Assembly: GCF_009936135.1 (NCBI RefSeq)
Contig: NZ_CP047901.1
Span: 344,984 to 408,983, forward strand
Source: Candidatus Chazhemtobacterium aquaticus
Lineage (GTDB): Bacteria > Patescibacteriota > Microgenomatia > UBA1400 > Chazhemtobacteraceae
Direction of reading: 5' to 3'
DNA length: 64,000 nt
Position numbers and translations under genes: made by a program. The notes beneath the pieces were generated by a model, which was not told where the DNA came from, searched no databases, and saw only the letters and a program-made list of their open reading frames with translations. Position 1 is the first letter of the stretch. Every line of letters begins with the position of its first letter. Below, in pieces: positions 29,309 through 39,582 of the stretch.

Positions 29309-29921
29309 CTACCGTCTTTTCATTTCCTGAGCCACCCCGGCCAAAAACGCCGTTCCTAGTAAAGAACTCACCCCCACCACCCCAAACAACAGGCTATATC
29401 CAAAACTCGCTGCTATATACCCACCCAGTCCAGCCGTTAATGCCGCTCCAAGATCAGTAGCTGTGTAATACAAGCTCCACTCCAAGGCCTCACTTTGTTT
29501 ATCGATATGTCTGGTGAAAATCCCCAACCAAGATGGGTACGACAAAGCCCCTCCCAAACCTCCAATAACCTGAACTGCATACACCTGCCAAGGATACTTA
29601 ACTCCGATATACAAAAACGCCGACAAGGTAATCAGTAGCGAACCAATAATCATTACCCAGTAGTCATCCCACTCACCTCGACGATTATCATTCCATCGTG
29701 CCACCGGAATCTGCACCACACTTTTAACCACAAAATACACCGTTGCTGCCATTCCAGCCAACTCCACTCCGCCTCCTACCACTTGCTCTGATATAAAAAA
29801 CTGCCAAAATTGGATTGATTAACCCCCATCCTGACAACATCATAATATCTGAATAAGTCAGAAACTGAACCACTCGACTTATTTTCAAACTACCAGCCAA
29901 TCGTGCAAATACCTTTTTCAT
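29309..29921 (-). pseudogene. MFS-type transporter (about 6 TM), frameshifted
   Basis: Removing one base from the A6 run at 29795-29800 joins ..LAVF to ISEQVVGGGVELAG.. in one ORF. Confidence 0.7.
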
Positions 29922-29960
29922 CAACTCAAGCATACAACAAACTTGCGCTATCATTAACAC

Positions 29961-30497
29961 ATGAATCAGCAACAAAGTATTGAAACTAGCGAGCACTTAA
30001 AGTCAGCTGTCTACGGAGCTAATGACGGCATTGTCACCACCTTTGCCGTCGTCGCCGGAGTTGCCGGAGCTCAACTATCCTCCTCAGTTGTACTTATTCT
30101 TGGTATCGCCAACATGGTCGCAGACGGCATATCCATGGGTTTAAGCAATTATCTCGGCGAGCGCTCGCAACGCCGTTTTCTAAATAACCACAAACACAAC
30201 CTAATCTTTCACACTGCTGTCTGGCACAATGGCCTTATTACCTTTATAGCCTTTAACCTAGCCGGCGTTCTCCCTCTCTCCCCCTACCTTCTTAGTCTTT
30301 TTGGCTTACCCATACCCAATCCTTTCTTGTGCTCCATACTCAGTACCGCCCTAGCCCTCTTCCTTGTAGGAAGTCTTCGCACACTCCTTACCCGTGACTC
30401 CTGGTACAAAAATGGCCTTGAGATGTTGCTCGTTGGTGCTCTAGCTGCCACAGCTGCCTATTTCTCAGGTTTCCTAATCAACACTCTAATTAACTAA
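29961..30497 (+). CDS. VIT1/CCC1 family Fe/Mn transporter
   Basis: VYGANDGIVTTF, ADGISMGLSNYL. Confidence 0.9.
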   Translation: MNQQQSIETSEHLKSAVYGANDGIVTTFAVVAGVAGAQLSSSVVLILGIANMVADGISMGLSNYLGERSQRRFLNNHKHNLIFHTAVWHNGLITFIAFNLAGVLPLSPYLLSLFGLPIPNPFLCSILSTALALFLVGSLRTLLTRDSWYKNGLEMLLVGALAATAAYFSGFLINTLIN

Positions 30498-30513
30498 ACC
30501 AACACATTTACCC

Positions 30514-30972
30514 ATGATCGCCGTCATTCAGCGTGTCACCCAAGCCTCGGTCTCTATCCCCACCCAAAGCAACTCCATTGGTCATGGCTACCTTGTTCTT
30601 CTTGGTGTGGCCGACGATGACACATCTAAAGACGCTCTTTTATTAGCCAATAAAACTATCAAATTGCGTCTCATGTCTGATTCCCAGCAAAAGATGAATC
30701 TATCCCTAACCGATTCTGATGGCGAGCTGCTTGTTGTCTCCCAGTTCACCCTGTTGGGTGACGTCTCCAAAGGTAACAGACCCAGTTTTGTAAAGGCTGC
30801 TCCGCCCTCACTTGCCCAAAAGCTATATCATGAATATGTCAAAATCATCAAAGACGCTGGTCTAAAAGTTAAAACCGGTTTTTTTGGTCAGTACATGCAG
30901 CTTAACCTAATCAACGATGGCCCCACCACTATCATTATCGACTCCAAACAACTAAAACAGCTAAACAAATGA
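30514..30972 (+). CDS. dtd: D-aminoacyl-tRNA deacylase
   Basis: VIQRV, VSQFTL, GNRPSF, NDGP. Confidence 0.95.
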   Translation: MIAVIQRVTQASVSIPTQSNSIGHGYLVLLGVADDDTSKDALLLANKTIKLRLMSDSQQKMNLSLTDSDGELLVVSQFTLLGDVSKGNRPSFVKAAPPSLAQKLYHEYVKIIKDAGLKVKTGFFGQYMQLNLINDGPTTIIIDSKQLKQLNK

Positions 30973-31448
30973 AATACACCAAACCTTCACCAGTTCTAAT
31001 TCTTTCAATAACCATCCTTGTTTTTTCCTTTCTCTTCATCTCCCTCACCGATTTCCTCTCAGGTAAACAAGTCTTTAACGACTCTGGCCCCACTCTTGAC
31101 CCAAATATCAATATTCTCTCAGTTGCTCCCGACCCACAATTACCCAACACCTATCAAATCACTTGGGAAATAACTTCCCCCACCCCTCTGCCTGTTACCT
31201 CAACCACCATTTACTACGACACCATCTCCACCCCCTCCGCTCTAACCACCACAGACTCACCCTCCGCCCCTTCATATCAGTTCTACTTGTCTGACTATCT
31301 CTCCGGACCCTTCACCTCTCCTGGCATCTTTACCGCCACCCTTCAATCTCCTCCAGACGCAATCTCCATTTTCATCCGAGCCTACGCCCATATTGACACC
31401 AACCATTACTGGACGCCAGAATACACCATTGATACCAACAGTCTATGA
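30969..31448 (+). CDS. Hypothetical membrane-anchored protein, beta-rich
   Basis: N-terminal TM, ATGA overlap with dtd. Confidence 0.65.
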   Translation: MKYTKPSPVLILSITILVFSFLFISLTDFLSGKQVFNDSGPTLDPNINILSVAPDPQLPNTYQITWEITSPTPLPVTSTTIYYDTISTPSALTTTDSPSAPSYQFYLSDYLSGPFTSPGIFTATLQSPPDAISIFIRAYAHIDTNHYWTPEYTIDTNSL

Positions 31449-31570
31449 AATCAAAAAAAACCTCTTCTCAATTCTCCCCAGTTCTCTTCCTAATCATCCT
31501 CATTCTCACCATTCTTGCCGTGATACTAACCGGATCCTTTCTTCTCACCAATTTCAAGAACCTCCCTTAG
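31445..31570 (+). CDS. Small single-TM protein (41 aa, MKSKKTSSQFSPVLFLII...)
   Basis: Read manually; ATGA overlap with upstream stop; basic N-terminus then hydrophobic helix. Confidence 0.5.
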   Translation: MKSKKTSSQFSPVLFLIILILTILAVILTGSFLLTNFKNLP

Positions 31571-31616
31571 CACTCGGTATTGAAATCTGCTAAAATATTG
31601 ATATATTAACTAGTCT

Positions 31617-34004
31617 ATGGCTATTCTTTTGCAACCTCCAAAAAATCAATCCAGTCCTCGCATCACTCCTCTCGTTACCCTTCGCGAAGGTGTTGTTTTT
31701 CCTCACTCTGAAGTCATACTTTCTTTTGGTCGAAAGGGCTCAATTAAAAGTGTCACTCAAGCCGAAAAAAACGACCGTCTCATCGTCATCGTCTCCCAAA
31801 AATCACCCTCCATTACCAAGCCCACCTTAAAAGACATCTACACTGTTGGCACTCTTTGTCGCATTCAGCGTACTATCCCTGTTAATAATGAGCTTCATGC
31901 CATTGTCAAAGGTATCTCCAGGGTCAAAATTCACGACATCACTATCATCGACAACATCCTCTCTGCCGCCATTTCTAAACTACCCGAAACCCAACAGGAA
32001 GACGACTATCTCAAAGCTACCGTCAACCACCTCATCTCCCAAGTCAAAACCGCGGTTAATCTCGGCAAACCCAACATCGAGACCCCTATGCTCATGCGTT
32101 TGCTTAACTCAACCGAAACATCCTCAGTTGCTGACCAAGTCGCCTCCATTCTTGAGTTAAGCACTCCCGAAAAACAAGCACTTCTCGAACAAACCGATTT
32201 AAAAAAACGCCTCGAACAGATTAATCAACACCTTGATAAAGAAATTAATGTCCTCAAGCTTGAACAAAAAATCGCCTCCAAAACCCAGTCCAAATTTGAT
32301 CAATCTATGAAAGAAGCAGTCCTCCGTGAGCGAATGCGCATGATCCAACAGGAACTGGGTGAAGACGATGAAGGCGACGAACTCACTTCTTTAAAGAAAA
32401 AAATCAATCAAGCTGGCATGCCCAAAGCTGCCAAACAAAAGGCCCTCAAAGACCTCAAACGACTTCAAAAACTCTCTCTCCACAGTCCTGAATCGGGCTA
32501 CATCAGGAGCTGGCTTGAAACCATGGTTGAAATTCCCTGGAGCAAAAGTAGTGCAAATAATATATCTCTCACTAAGGCTGCCAAGATCCTCAAGCAAGAC
32601 CATTATGCCCTTGAAGAGGTCAAAGAACGTATCCTCGAGTACCTTGCTGTTATGCAGCTCAAGAAAAAACGAAGCAACAAGAAAATTTTCAAGAATAAAA
32701 ATGCTAACTCGGCCATTGTTCCCACCATTATCTGTTTTGTTGGCCCCCCCGGTGTTGGTAAAACTAGTGTTGGCCGCTCAATCGCCAAAGCTCTTGGCCG
32801 TAATTTTGCCAAACTATCACTAGGCGGCATCAAAGACGAGGCAGAAATCAGAGGTCACCGTCGCACCTATGTAGGAGCCATGCCAGGTAGAGTAGTTCAA
32901 TCTCTCATAGATGCCGGCACGAACAATCCGGTCATCATGCTGGACGAGATCGATAAAATCGGTGCCGATTACCGAGGCGACCCTTCAGCGGCCTTACTCG
33001 AAGTCCTTGATCCTGAACAGAATCATGCCTTTGTCGACCACTATCTTGACACCTCACTTGATCTCTCCAAAGTCATGTTCATCACCACCGCCAATGTCTT
33101 AGAAACCATTCCTCCAGCTCTAAGGGACCGTCTCGAGATCATCCAGTTCTCCGGCTACACCCAAGAAGAAAAATACTTCATTGCCAGAAACCACTTGATT
33201 CCTAAACAACTTTCCACCAACGCTCTTACCCCCAAAGATATTGCTCTAAGCCCCGCTGCCGTTAGAAACATCAGCAAGTTCTACACCCACGAAGCAGGAG
33301 TCCGAAATCTAGAACGTGAAATCAGCAAAGTCTTTCGTAAAGTCGCTCGCAAAATTGCCTCAAGTCGCAGTGTTAAGACTCCCATCAAAATTACCCCTAA
33401 AAACCTATCCACCTACCTTGGTCCTCGCAAGTTTACCCATACTATAGCCGATGAGCAAAACCGTGTTGGTATCGCCACTGGCCTTGCTTACACACAAACC
33501 GGGGGAGACATTCTCTTTATAGAAGTCGCTCTCATGGAAGGAAAAGGTCGCATCCAGTTAACCGGTCAGCTTGGTGACGTCATGAAAGAATCTGCTCAAG
33601 CCGCCCTCTCCTATGTTCGATCTCATGCCAAGCAGCTAAAAATCGACCCCAAGCGTTTTGCCAAGACAGACGTCCACGTTCACGTTCCCGAGGGTGCCAC
33701 CCCCAAGGATGGTCCTTCCGCTGGTGTTGCCATTACCACTGCCTTAATCTCTGCTTTCACCAACAAACCCATCAACCGACTGGTGGGTATGACTGGTGAG
33801 ATCTCTTTAAGAGGCAGGGTCATGGAAATCGGCGGAGTCAAGGAAAAAACTATTGCCGGACATCGCTCAGGCCTAAAGCACATCATCCTTCCCAAGGACA
33901 ACCGTAAAGACCTCGTCAAAGTTCCACCTAAGGTCAAAAAAGACCTCAAATTTAGCTTTGCCACTAATCTAGAAGACGTTCTCAAAATTGCCCTTATTTC
34001 TTGA
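31617..34004 (+). CDS. lon: ATP-dependent Lon protease
   Basis: GPPGVGKT, RGHRRTYVGAMPG, LDEIDK, PKDGPSAG. Confidence 0.97.
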   Translation: MAILLQPPKNQSSPRITPLVTLREGVVFPHSEVILSFGRKGSIKSVTQAEKNDRLIVIVSQKSPSITKPTLKDIYTVGTLCRIQRTIPVNNELHAIVKGISRVKIHDITIIDNILSAAISKLPETQQEDDYLKATVNHLISQVKTAVNLGKPNIETPMLMRLLNSTETSSVADQVASILELSTPEKQALLEQTDLKKRLEQINQHLDKEINVLKLEQKIASKTQSKFDQSMKEAVLRERMRMIQQELGEDDEGDELTSLKKKINQAGMPKAAKQKALKDLKRLQKLSLHSPESGYIRSWLETMVEIPWSKSSANNISLTKAAKILKQDHYALEEVKERILEYLAVMQLKKKRSNKKIFKNKNANSAIVPTIICFVGPPGVGKTSVGRSIAKALGRNFAKLSLGGIKDEAEIRGHRRTYVGAMPGRVVQSLIDAGTNNPVIMLDEIDKIGADYRGDPSAALLEVLDPEQNHAFVDHYLDTSLDLSKVMFITTANVLETIPPALRDRLEIIQFSGYTQEEKYFIARNHLIPKQLSTNALTPKDIALSPAAVRNISKFYTHEAGVRNLEREISKVFRKVARKIASSRSVKTPIKITPKNLSTYLGPRKFTHTIADEQNRVGIATGLAYTQTGGDILFIEVALMEGKGRIQLTGQLGDVMKESAQAALSYVRSHAKQLKIDPKRFAKTDVHVHVPEGATPKDGPSAGVAITTALISAFTNKPINRLVGMTGEISLRGRVMEIGGVKEKTIAGHRSGLKHIILPKDNRKDLVKVPPKVKKDLKFSFATNLEDVLKIALIS

Positions 34005-34064
34005 TATTCCAGTTAATTCTGATATAATAGAACTATAGTACATAACATTAACTAGGAGGCTAGT

Positions 34065-34394
34065 GTGTCTAAATTGTCGTTAGCCGAAGCTGTCAGCCTA
34101 CTTAAGGCAACTCGTTCAGCTTCAGTCAACTTGACCGACTGGAATGGAGAACAAACACTGGTTGGTGACATCAGCATTGAAGGAGATCTGATCGTCTTTA
34201 CCAACCTCAAAAAACTGGCTCGCATGCGCCACATCGCCCCGACCCCAACCGTGCGCAGTACCAGAAAATTCACCATCCCCCAGAATGCTGAGGTTGTAAC
34301 TCACGCAAAGGCAATCGCCATTAGCTTCACGACCCCTGAACACGGCGATGTCATCATTACTTTTGTTCCAGAATCCTCCTTCGCCACCGTCTAG
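34065..34394 (+). CDS. Hypothetical protein
   Basis: AGGAGG before GTG start, TATAAT at 34023. Confidence 0.55.
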   Translation: MSKLSLAEAVSLLKATRSASVNLTDWNGEQTLVGDISIEGDLIVFTNLKKLARMRHIAPTPTVRSTRKFTIPQNAEVVTHAKAIAISFTTPEHGDVIITFVPESSFATV

Positions 34395-35161
34395 TTCTTG
34401 CCCGCAGGCAACTCTTCACCCCTGCGGGCACCTCTTTTGACTAAAACAATTCCTGTCAAAACTGCTACTCCAGCCACCACTTGCGCTACCGCCATTTCCC
34501 CAATTTGCCAAACTATCTCTTCCGGTCTTAAACTTTCCAGGAAAAATCTAGTTAACCCATAACCGATCAAATAAGTACCCGCTACTCTTCCTCCCGCTCC
34601 TTCCCCTTTTTGCCTGATCAGCACCCAAATCAATAATGCAAACAATCCCAAATTTAGTCCTGATTCATACAAAAAAAGTGGGTGCACTTTTCCTTCCACC
34701 CCCATCACCTTAATTCCCCAAGGCAAGTTGGTCACCTTTCCATACAGCTCACCGTTGATATAGTTGCCCCATCTACCAATCGCCTGTGCCAAAGGTACTC
34801 CCACTACAGCTACGTCTAACAATCTAAACAAATCTAAGCCCAACCTATCTTTGTTCTTCAAATAAAACCAAAGCAATCCAACTCCTCCCCCACCAATCGC
34901 TCCCCAAATTCCCAGTCCTCCTCGCCAAACCATCAATATCTCAATCCAATTTTTTCCATATATTTCCCAATAATCCACTACGTGATAAAGCCTGGCCCCA
35001 ATCAAACCTCCCCCCACCACCCACCAAAATCCCTTTTCAATCACTTCTTTTTTAATCCCCTCCTTCTTTCCCGACCATACTGAAACCTCAGTCGCCAGCC
35101 AGATTCCCAACCCTATCAACAATCCATATCCATTTAACCTCAATTCTCCAAGCTCAATCAT
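34391..35161 (-). CDS. lgt: Prolipoprotein diacylglyceryl transferase
   Basis: GARLYHV, QAIGRWGNYINGELYG, HPLFLYES, RFFLESLR. Confidence 0.95.
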   Translation of the reverse strand: MIELGELRLNGYGLLIGLGIWLATEVSVWSGKKEGIKKEVIEKGFWWVVGGGLIGARLYHVVDYWEIYGKNWIEILMVWRGGLGIWGAIGGGGVGLLWFYLKNKDRLGLDLFRLLDVAVVGVPLAQAIGRWGNYINGELYGKVTNLPWGIKVMGVEGKVHPLFLYESGLNLGLFALLIWVLIRQKGEGAGGRVAGTYLIGYGLTRFFLESLRPEEIVWQIGEMAVAQVVAGVAVLTGIVLVKRGARRGEELPAGKN

Positions 35162-36390
35162 ATCAGCCGATCAACCAGCTCTCCCAGTTTAACTCGCTCA
35201 GTTGTATCACTGTCCCTTCGTTTAATCTCCACCTCTCCATCGGCTAGTGTTCTCTCACTTACAACCACCCGATACGGGTTACCAATCAAATCAGCGTCTG
35301 CAAACTTAACTCCTGCCGATTCCTCCCGATCATCCCACAACACCTCTACGCCTCCCTTAACCAGTTGTTGATAAATCTCTTCGGCCTTCTCTCCAACCCC
35401 CAAACTAACTAGACTCACCATAAATGGAGCCACACTCTCTGGCCAGACAATCCCTCTCTCATCATTGAATCTCTCCACGATCACTCCCATCGTTCGACTA
35501 ATCCCAATACCATAACAACCCATTACTGGATATCTTTTCTTCCCTTCCTGGTCACTAAATTGCAATCCAAATGCCTTCACATATTTTTCTCCCAAATCAA
35601 AAATATTCCCCACCTCTGCAGCCTTTGATGGTTTTAATAACCCCTTACCACAACTTGGACATTCCCCTCCCTCATCATACTTGCCAATATCATCCACATT
35701 GACGCAAAACTCACACTCATCACAATACAGAATATTTGCCTCTCCTGCCTCAGTTAATACCTCAAATTCATAAGAAATCTTGTCTGAAAAACTCCCGCCC
35801 GACGCCTCAGTAGCTTTAGCCACTAATCCCAAACGACTAAATATCTTAAGGTAAGCCTTCTTTGCTTCCTCGTAAAACTTCTCAAAATCCTCCTGTGACT
35901 CATGCCACGAGTACATATCTTTCATGTAGAACTCTCTACCTCTCAAAATACCTGACTTAGCTCTTAACTCGTCTCTAAACTTCCACTGGATATGATAAAC
36001 CGCTCTTGGTAAGTCTTTGTACGAATTAATAAACTCACTCATCAAAGGCGTCACCACCTCTTCCTGGCTTTGTCCTAATGCATACTCCTTACCAGTGCGG
36101 CTTTTTAGCTTGTAAAGCACGTCAATACTATCCCAGCCACCACTCTGCTTCCAGATTCCAGCCGGATGAAGCATCGGCATCAACAACTCCTCGCCACCAA
36201 TCGCATTCATTTCCTCACGCACTACTTGTTCAATTTTTCTAAGCACTCTCAATCCCCAAGGCAAATATGTGTATATACCCGCTGTAAGTTGTCTTACAAA
36301 CCCAGCCTGAACCAATAGTCTATGGTTAATTGTTGCGGCATCTTTAGGCGGATTCTTGTCCGGCCTTATCACCGTCTGACTCATTCTCAT
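35158..36390 (-). CDS. proS: Proline-tRNA ligase without editing domain
   Basis: MRMSQ, QEEVVT, KFRDELR, RGREFYMKDMYS, MGCYGIGISR, GVKFADADLIG. Confidence 0.95.
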   Translation of the reverse strand: MRMSQTVIRPDKNPPKDAATINHRLLVQAGFVRQLTAGIYTYLPWGLRVLRKIEQVVREEMNAIGGEELLMPMLHPAGIWKQSGGWDSIDVLYKLKSRTGKEYALGQSQEEVVTPLMSEFINSYKDLPRAVYHIQWKFRDELRAKSGILRGREFYMKDMYSWHESQEDFEKFYEEAKKAYLKIFSRLGLVAKATEASGGSFSDKISYEFEVLTEAGEANILYCDECEFCVNVDDIGKYDEGGECPSCGKGLLKPSKAAEVGNIFDLGEKYVKAFGLQFSDQEGKKRYPVMGCYGIGISRTMGVIVERFNDERGIVWPESVAPFMVSLVSLGVGEKAEEIYQQLVKGGVEVLWDDREESAGVKFADADLIGNPYRVVVSERTLADGEVEIKRRDSDTTERVKLGELVDRLI

Positions 36391-36478
36391 GGCCTAATCT
36401 TACCATCTCTTAGAAATTTAACTCAAAAAACCAGCCTCATCACCACCCCATCAACCACTAGCAACAAGCTAACCCCTC

Positions 36479-36799
36479 TTACTCTTTAAAATCAAATCCA
36501 TATTGCTCAAGATCTATCACCCCTTTCTCCACCTCCACCCCCTCTTGTTCCAGCATTCTAATTTTTTCTTCTATTCTTTTTCCTGATCTCTCTCCCCCAA
36601 ACCCTCCAATCTTTCCGTTGCTGCTAACCACCCGATGGCAAGGAGTCCTAGGCGCATCTGGATTTCTTTTAAGTATCTGTCCCACTAACCTGTACCCCTT
36701 ACTCCCCGCTACCTCTGCCAACCATTTATACGTTGTCACCTTACCTCTAGGAACCTCTCTGAGTTTCAGGTAAACCTTTTCAGCCAGACTCATCCTCAC
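36479..36799 (-). CDS. MGMT-family methylated-DNA-protein-cysteine methyltransferase (C-terminal domain only)
   Basis: VPRGKVTTY, PCHRVV. Confidence 0.88.
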   Translation of the reverse strand: MRMSLAEKVYLKLREVPRGKVTTYKWLAEVAGSKGYRLVGQILKRNPDAPRTPCHRVVSSNGKIGGFGGERSGKRIEEKIRMLEQEGVEVEKGVIDLEQYGFDFKE

Positions 36800-36957
36800 A
36801 ATCTTCCTCCGGGCCTAGGTTTGGAAATTAACACTCCCACCATTGTTCCCAGCGGGAAATAAATTAAAGCTAAGTAATTCTTTGTCCAGAAACCAAATAC
36901 TAACAACGCCAACGCCAGCCCCCAGAATATATAAGTCATTTCTTTGTTAACCATCAT
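36796..36957 (-). CDS. Small membrane protein (53 aa, MMVNKEMTYIFWGLAL...)
   Basis: Read manually; two hydrophobic segments, stop overlaps next gene start. Confidence 0.5.
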   Translation of the reverse strand: MMVNKEMTYIFWGLALALLVFGFWTKNYLALIYFPLGTMVGVLISKPRPGGRL

Positions 36958-37044
36958 TAGTTTCAAAGATAGCATATTTGCCCGCCTCCAATATTCCCTC
37001 TATAATTCTCCCTAGATACGTTAATTATTTTTTTAAATATACCC

Positions 37045-37794
37045 ATGTTTTACGCCCTCCTCCCCATCGTCATTTTCGTAATCCTATCCTCTCTCAAACA
37101 AATCAACGAGTATGAGCGCGGTGTCGTTTATACCATGGGTCGCTTCACCGGTATCGTTGAACCCGGCTGGCGTTTAGTTTGGCCCATCTTTCAGAGTTTC
37201 AGAAAGGTTGATATTCGTACCAAAGCAGTCGATGTTCCCAAGCAGGAGACCATCACCAAAGACAACGTCTCTATCAAAATGAACGCCGTTATATATTACA
37301 AAGTGAGAGATGCCGGCAAATCCATCAACGAGGTCGAAGACGTCTTCAGCGCTGTTTCTCAGCTTGCCCAGACCACCATGCGCCGTATTGCTGGCGAGGT
37401 CACACTAGACGAACTTCTTCAAAACCGAGAAAAAATTGCCAGCGATATCTTAAAGATCATCGACAAAACCTCTGACGCCTGGGGCATCGATGTCGAAACC
37501 GTCGAACTTAAGGACATCGAACTTCCTGAAAACATGGTTCGTACCATGGCCAAACAAGCCGAAGCTGAAAGAGAAAAAAGAGCTACCATCATCAACTCCG
37601 AAGGCGAGGTAATCGCTGCCAACAACCTTGGCAAAGCTGCCAATACTCTTGCCAAAGCCCCCGGTGCTCTCCACCTAAGAACGCTCAACTCTATCAACGA
37701 CATCTCCTCTGACCAATCAAACACCGTCATCTTTGCTCTTCCCATGGAGATTCTAAGAGCTATAGAGGGTTTTGTTAAAGATGGTAAGAAATAA
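37045..37794 (+). CDS. SPFH/band 7 (stomatin-like) protein
   Basis: EYERGV, VDIRT, ITKDNV, AQTTMR, QAEAERE. Confidence 0.93.
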   Translation: MFYALLPIVIFVILSSLKQINEYERGVVYTMGRFTGIVEPGWRLVWPIFQSFRKVDIRTKAVDVPKQETITKDNVSIKMNAVIYYKVRDAGKSINEVEDVFSAVSQLAQTTMRRIAGEVTLDELLQNREKIASDILKIIDKTSDAWGIDVETVELKDIELPENMVRTMAKQAEAEREKRATIINSEGEVIAANNLGKAANTLAKAPGALHLRTLNSINDISSDQSNTVIFALPMEILRAIEGFVKDGKK

Positions 37795-39007
37795 ACAGCC
37801 TCTCCCAAAATCCCTAGTCATCTTCATACCATTAACCCTCATCTTCCTCTCCACCATCTTCTTTCTCACCTACCGCAAATTTTGGTCCAACCCCTTACCT
37901 CAGGGTACTTCCGTCAGTCTGATTGAATCCTCTCCCGAAGACCCTTATGCGAAAAAAAATCCTCCTACACCTGAATCAGTCGACTATCAGGTAACCGAAG
38001 TGGCTAGCAATCTTTACGTTCCTTGGAGTTTGGTCTTCACCGATCCAAAAAGACTTCTCGTCACCGAAAGAGACGGCAAGATAAGACAAATAACCGATAA
38101 TCAACTTAACCCAGATCCACTCATTCAATTCAATGAAGTCATCTCAGAAGGTGAGGCAGGACTTATGGGTATGGATCTTCACCCAAATTATCAAGCCAAT
38201 CACTACCTTTATGTTTGCCTTACTTACCAATATGACAACGCTTTATATAACAAAATCGAGCGATTAATTGACCACAAAGACTATCTCGCTCGCGATCAAA
38301 TCATCTTTGATCGTATCCCAGCAGCCAATAATCATGCCGGTTGTAGAATCAAATTTGGACCCGATTCCAAGCTCTACATCACTACCGGTGATGCTCTCCA
38401 GAGAAACTTGGCTCAGGATCTTAATTCTCTGGCCGGCAAGATCCTCCGTCTAAACGACGATGGCAGTATTCCCACCGACAACCCCTTCCCTAACTCACCT
38501 GTCTACTCCTACGGACATCGCAATCCCCAGGGACTAGCCTGGCATCCTCAAGGACAACTTTTTGCCACAGAGCACGGACCTTCTGGTTTTGATGGTCCCG
38601 GCGGGGGAGACGAACTCAATCTCATCAAACCTGGTCAAAACTACGGCTGGCCTCTTGTCAGTCATGACAAAACCCATCCAGACACTACCCCACCCCTTCT
38701 TGTCTTTACTCCCGCTGAAGCTCCTTCTGGCGCCTTAATCTACACCGGTTCTCTCTTTCCTCAATTCAAAGACAACCTCTTTTTCACGGCACTACGCGGA
38801 TCAGGCATTTTTCATGTCATCCTAGACAGTCAAGACCCAACAAAAACCCTTTCCTATCAAAAACTTGAAATAGATCTAGGTCGAATCCGTGATATCATCC
38901 AAAGTCCAGACGGCCAAATCTACTTCTCTACTAGTAACCGAGATGGTCGTGGCCAAGTAAGGGATAATGACGACAAAATCTATCGCCTTGAACCAATAAC
39001 TGAATAA
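37781..39007 (+). CDS. PQQ-dependent sugar dehydrogenase (GSDH/YliI family)
   Basis: PWSL, GEAGLMG, HAGCRIKFGPD, GKILR, YGHRNPQG, DELN, NYGWP, GRIRD. Confidence 0.9.
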   Translation: MVRNKQPLPKSLVIFIPLTLIFLSTIFFLTYRKFWSNPLPQGTSVSLIESSPEDPYAKKNPPTPESVDYQVTEVASNLYVPWSLVFTDPKRLLVTERDGKIRQITDNQLNPDPLIQFNEVISEGEAGLMGMDLHPNYQANHYLYVCLTYQYDNALYNKIERLIDHKDYLARDQIIFDRIPAANNHAGCRIKFGPDSKLYITTGDALQRNLAQDLNSLAGKILRLNDDGSIPTDNPFPNSPVYSYGHRNPQGLAWHPQGQLFATEHGPSGFDGPGGGDELNLIKPGQNYGWPLVSHDKTHPDTTPPLLVFTPAEAPSGALIYTGSLFPQFKDNLFFTALRGSGIFHVILDSQDPTKTLSYQKLEIDLGRIRDIIQSPDGQIYFSTSNRDGRGQVRDNDDKIYRLEPITE

Positions 39008-39049
39008 TTGTGTGCCATACGGGTCTGGAACCAAAACTACAAACTAAGT

Positions 39050-39466
39050 TTAAAGCTTTTCTTTTACGATTCTAACAAGCTCATTCGTTGACCACGTAAT
39101 ATTCCATAAAAAAGATGGTAGGAAACCCATTATTCCCATAGATGAAAAGATTAAAAGAAAGACTATTTCTATCCCAACTTTCAAACCGGAAATTAAGTAG
39201 ATATATATGCATATCAAGGATATCCATCCGACCATCGATCCAATAAAATGAATCCAGCTTTGATGAAGATACCATTCAATATGATAAGTAGGAATCTTAT
39301 CTTCTTTTTTAGGGTACATAAACGCTTTAACTGCTACCCAACCTCTAAAAAGTGATGCAACAATACCTAATATCAACAGTGTTGTAATAATGGGGTCAGA
39401 CAATAGAGTTGAAACGATAGAACCAGGTGATGATACGTTTATTTCCGAGTGTGTTCTATATTTCAT
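39050..39466 (-). CDS. Hypothetical membrane protein, AT-rich
   Basis: 138 aa with about 3 TM segments; atypical composition, downstream of tRNA-Glu. Confidence 0.6.
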   Translation of the reverse strand: MKYRTHSEINVSSPGSIVSTLLSDPIITTLLILGIVASLFRGWVAVKAFMYPKKEDKIPTYHIEWYLHQSWIHFIGSMVGWISLICIYIYLISGLKVGIEIVFLLIFSSMGIMGFLPSFLWNITWSTNELVRIVKEKL

Positions 39467-39582
39467 ATATTTTCTATTACAGGATCTAAATCCCGATTTC
39501 GAACAATTCGATCAAAAAATAGCAAACAGTATCGGGCTTTTCAGCGCACCCAAACGGGTTGCGCTGAACCTTGCAATATTTG

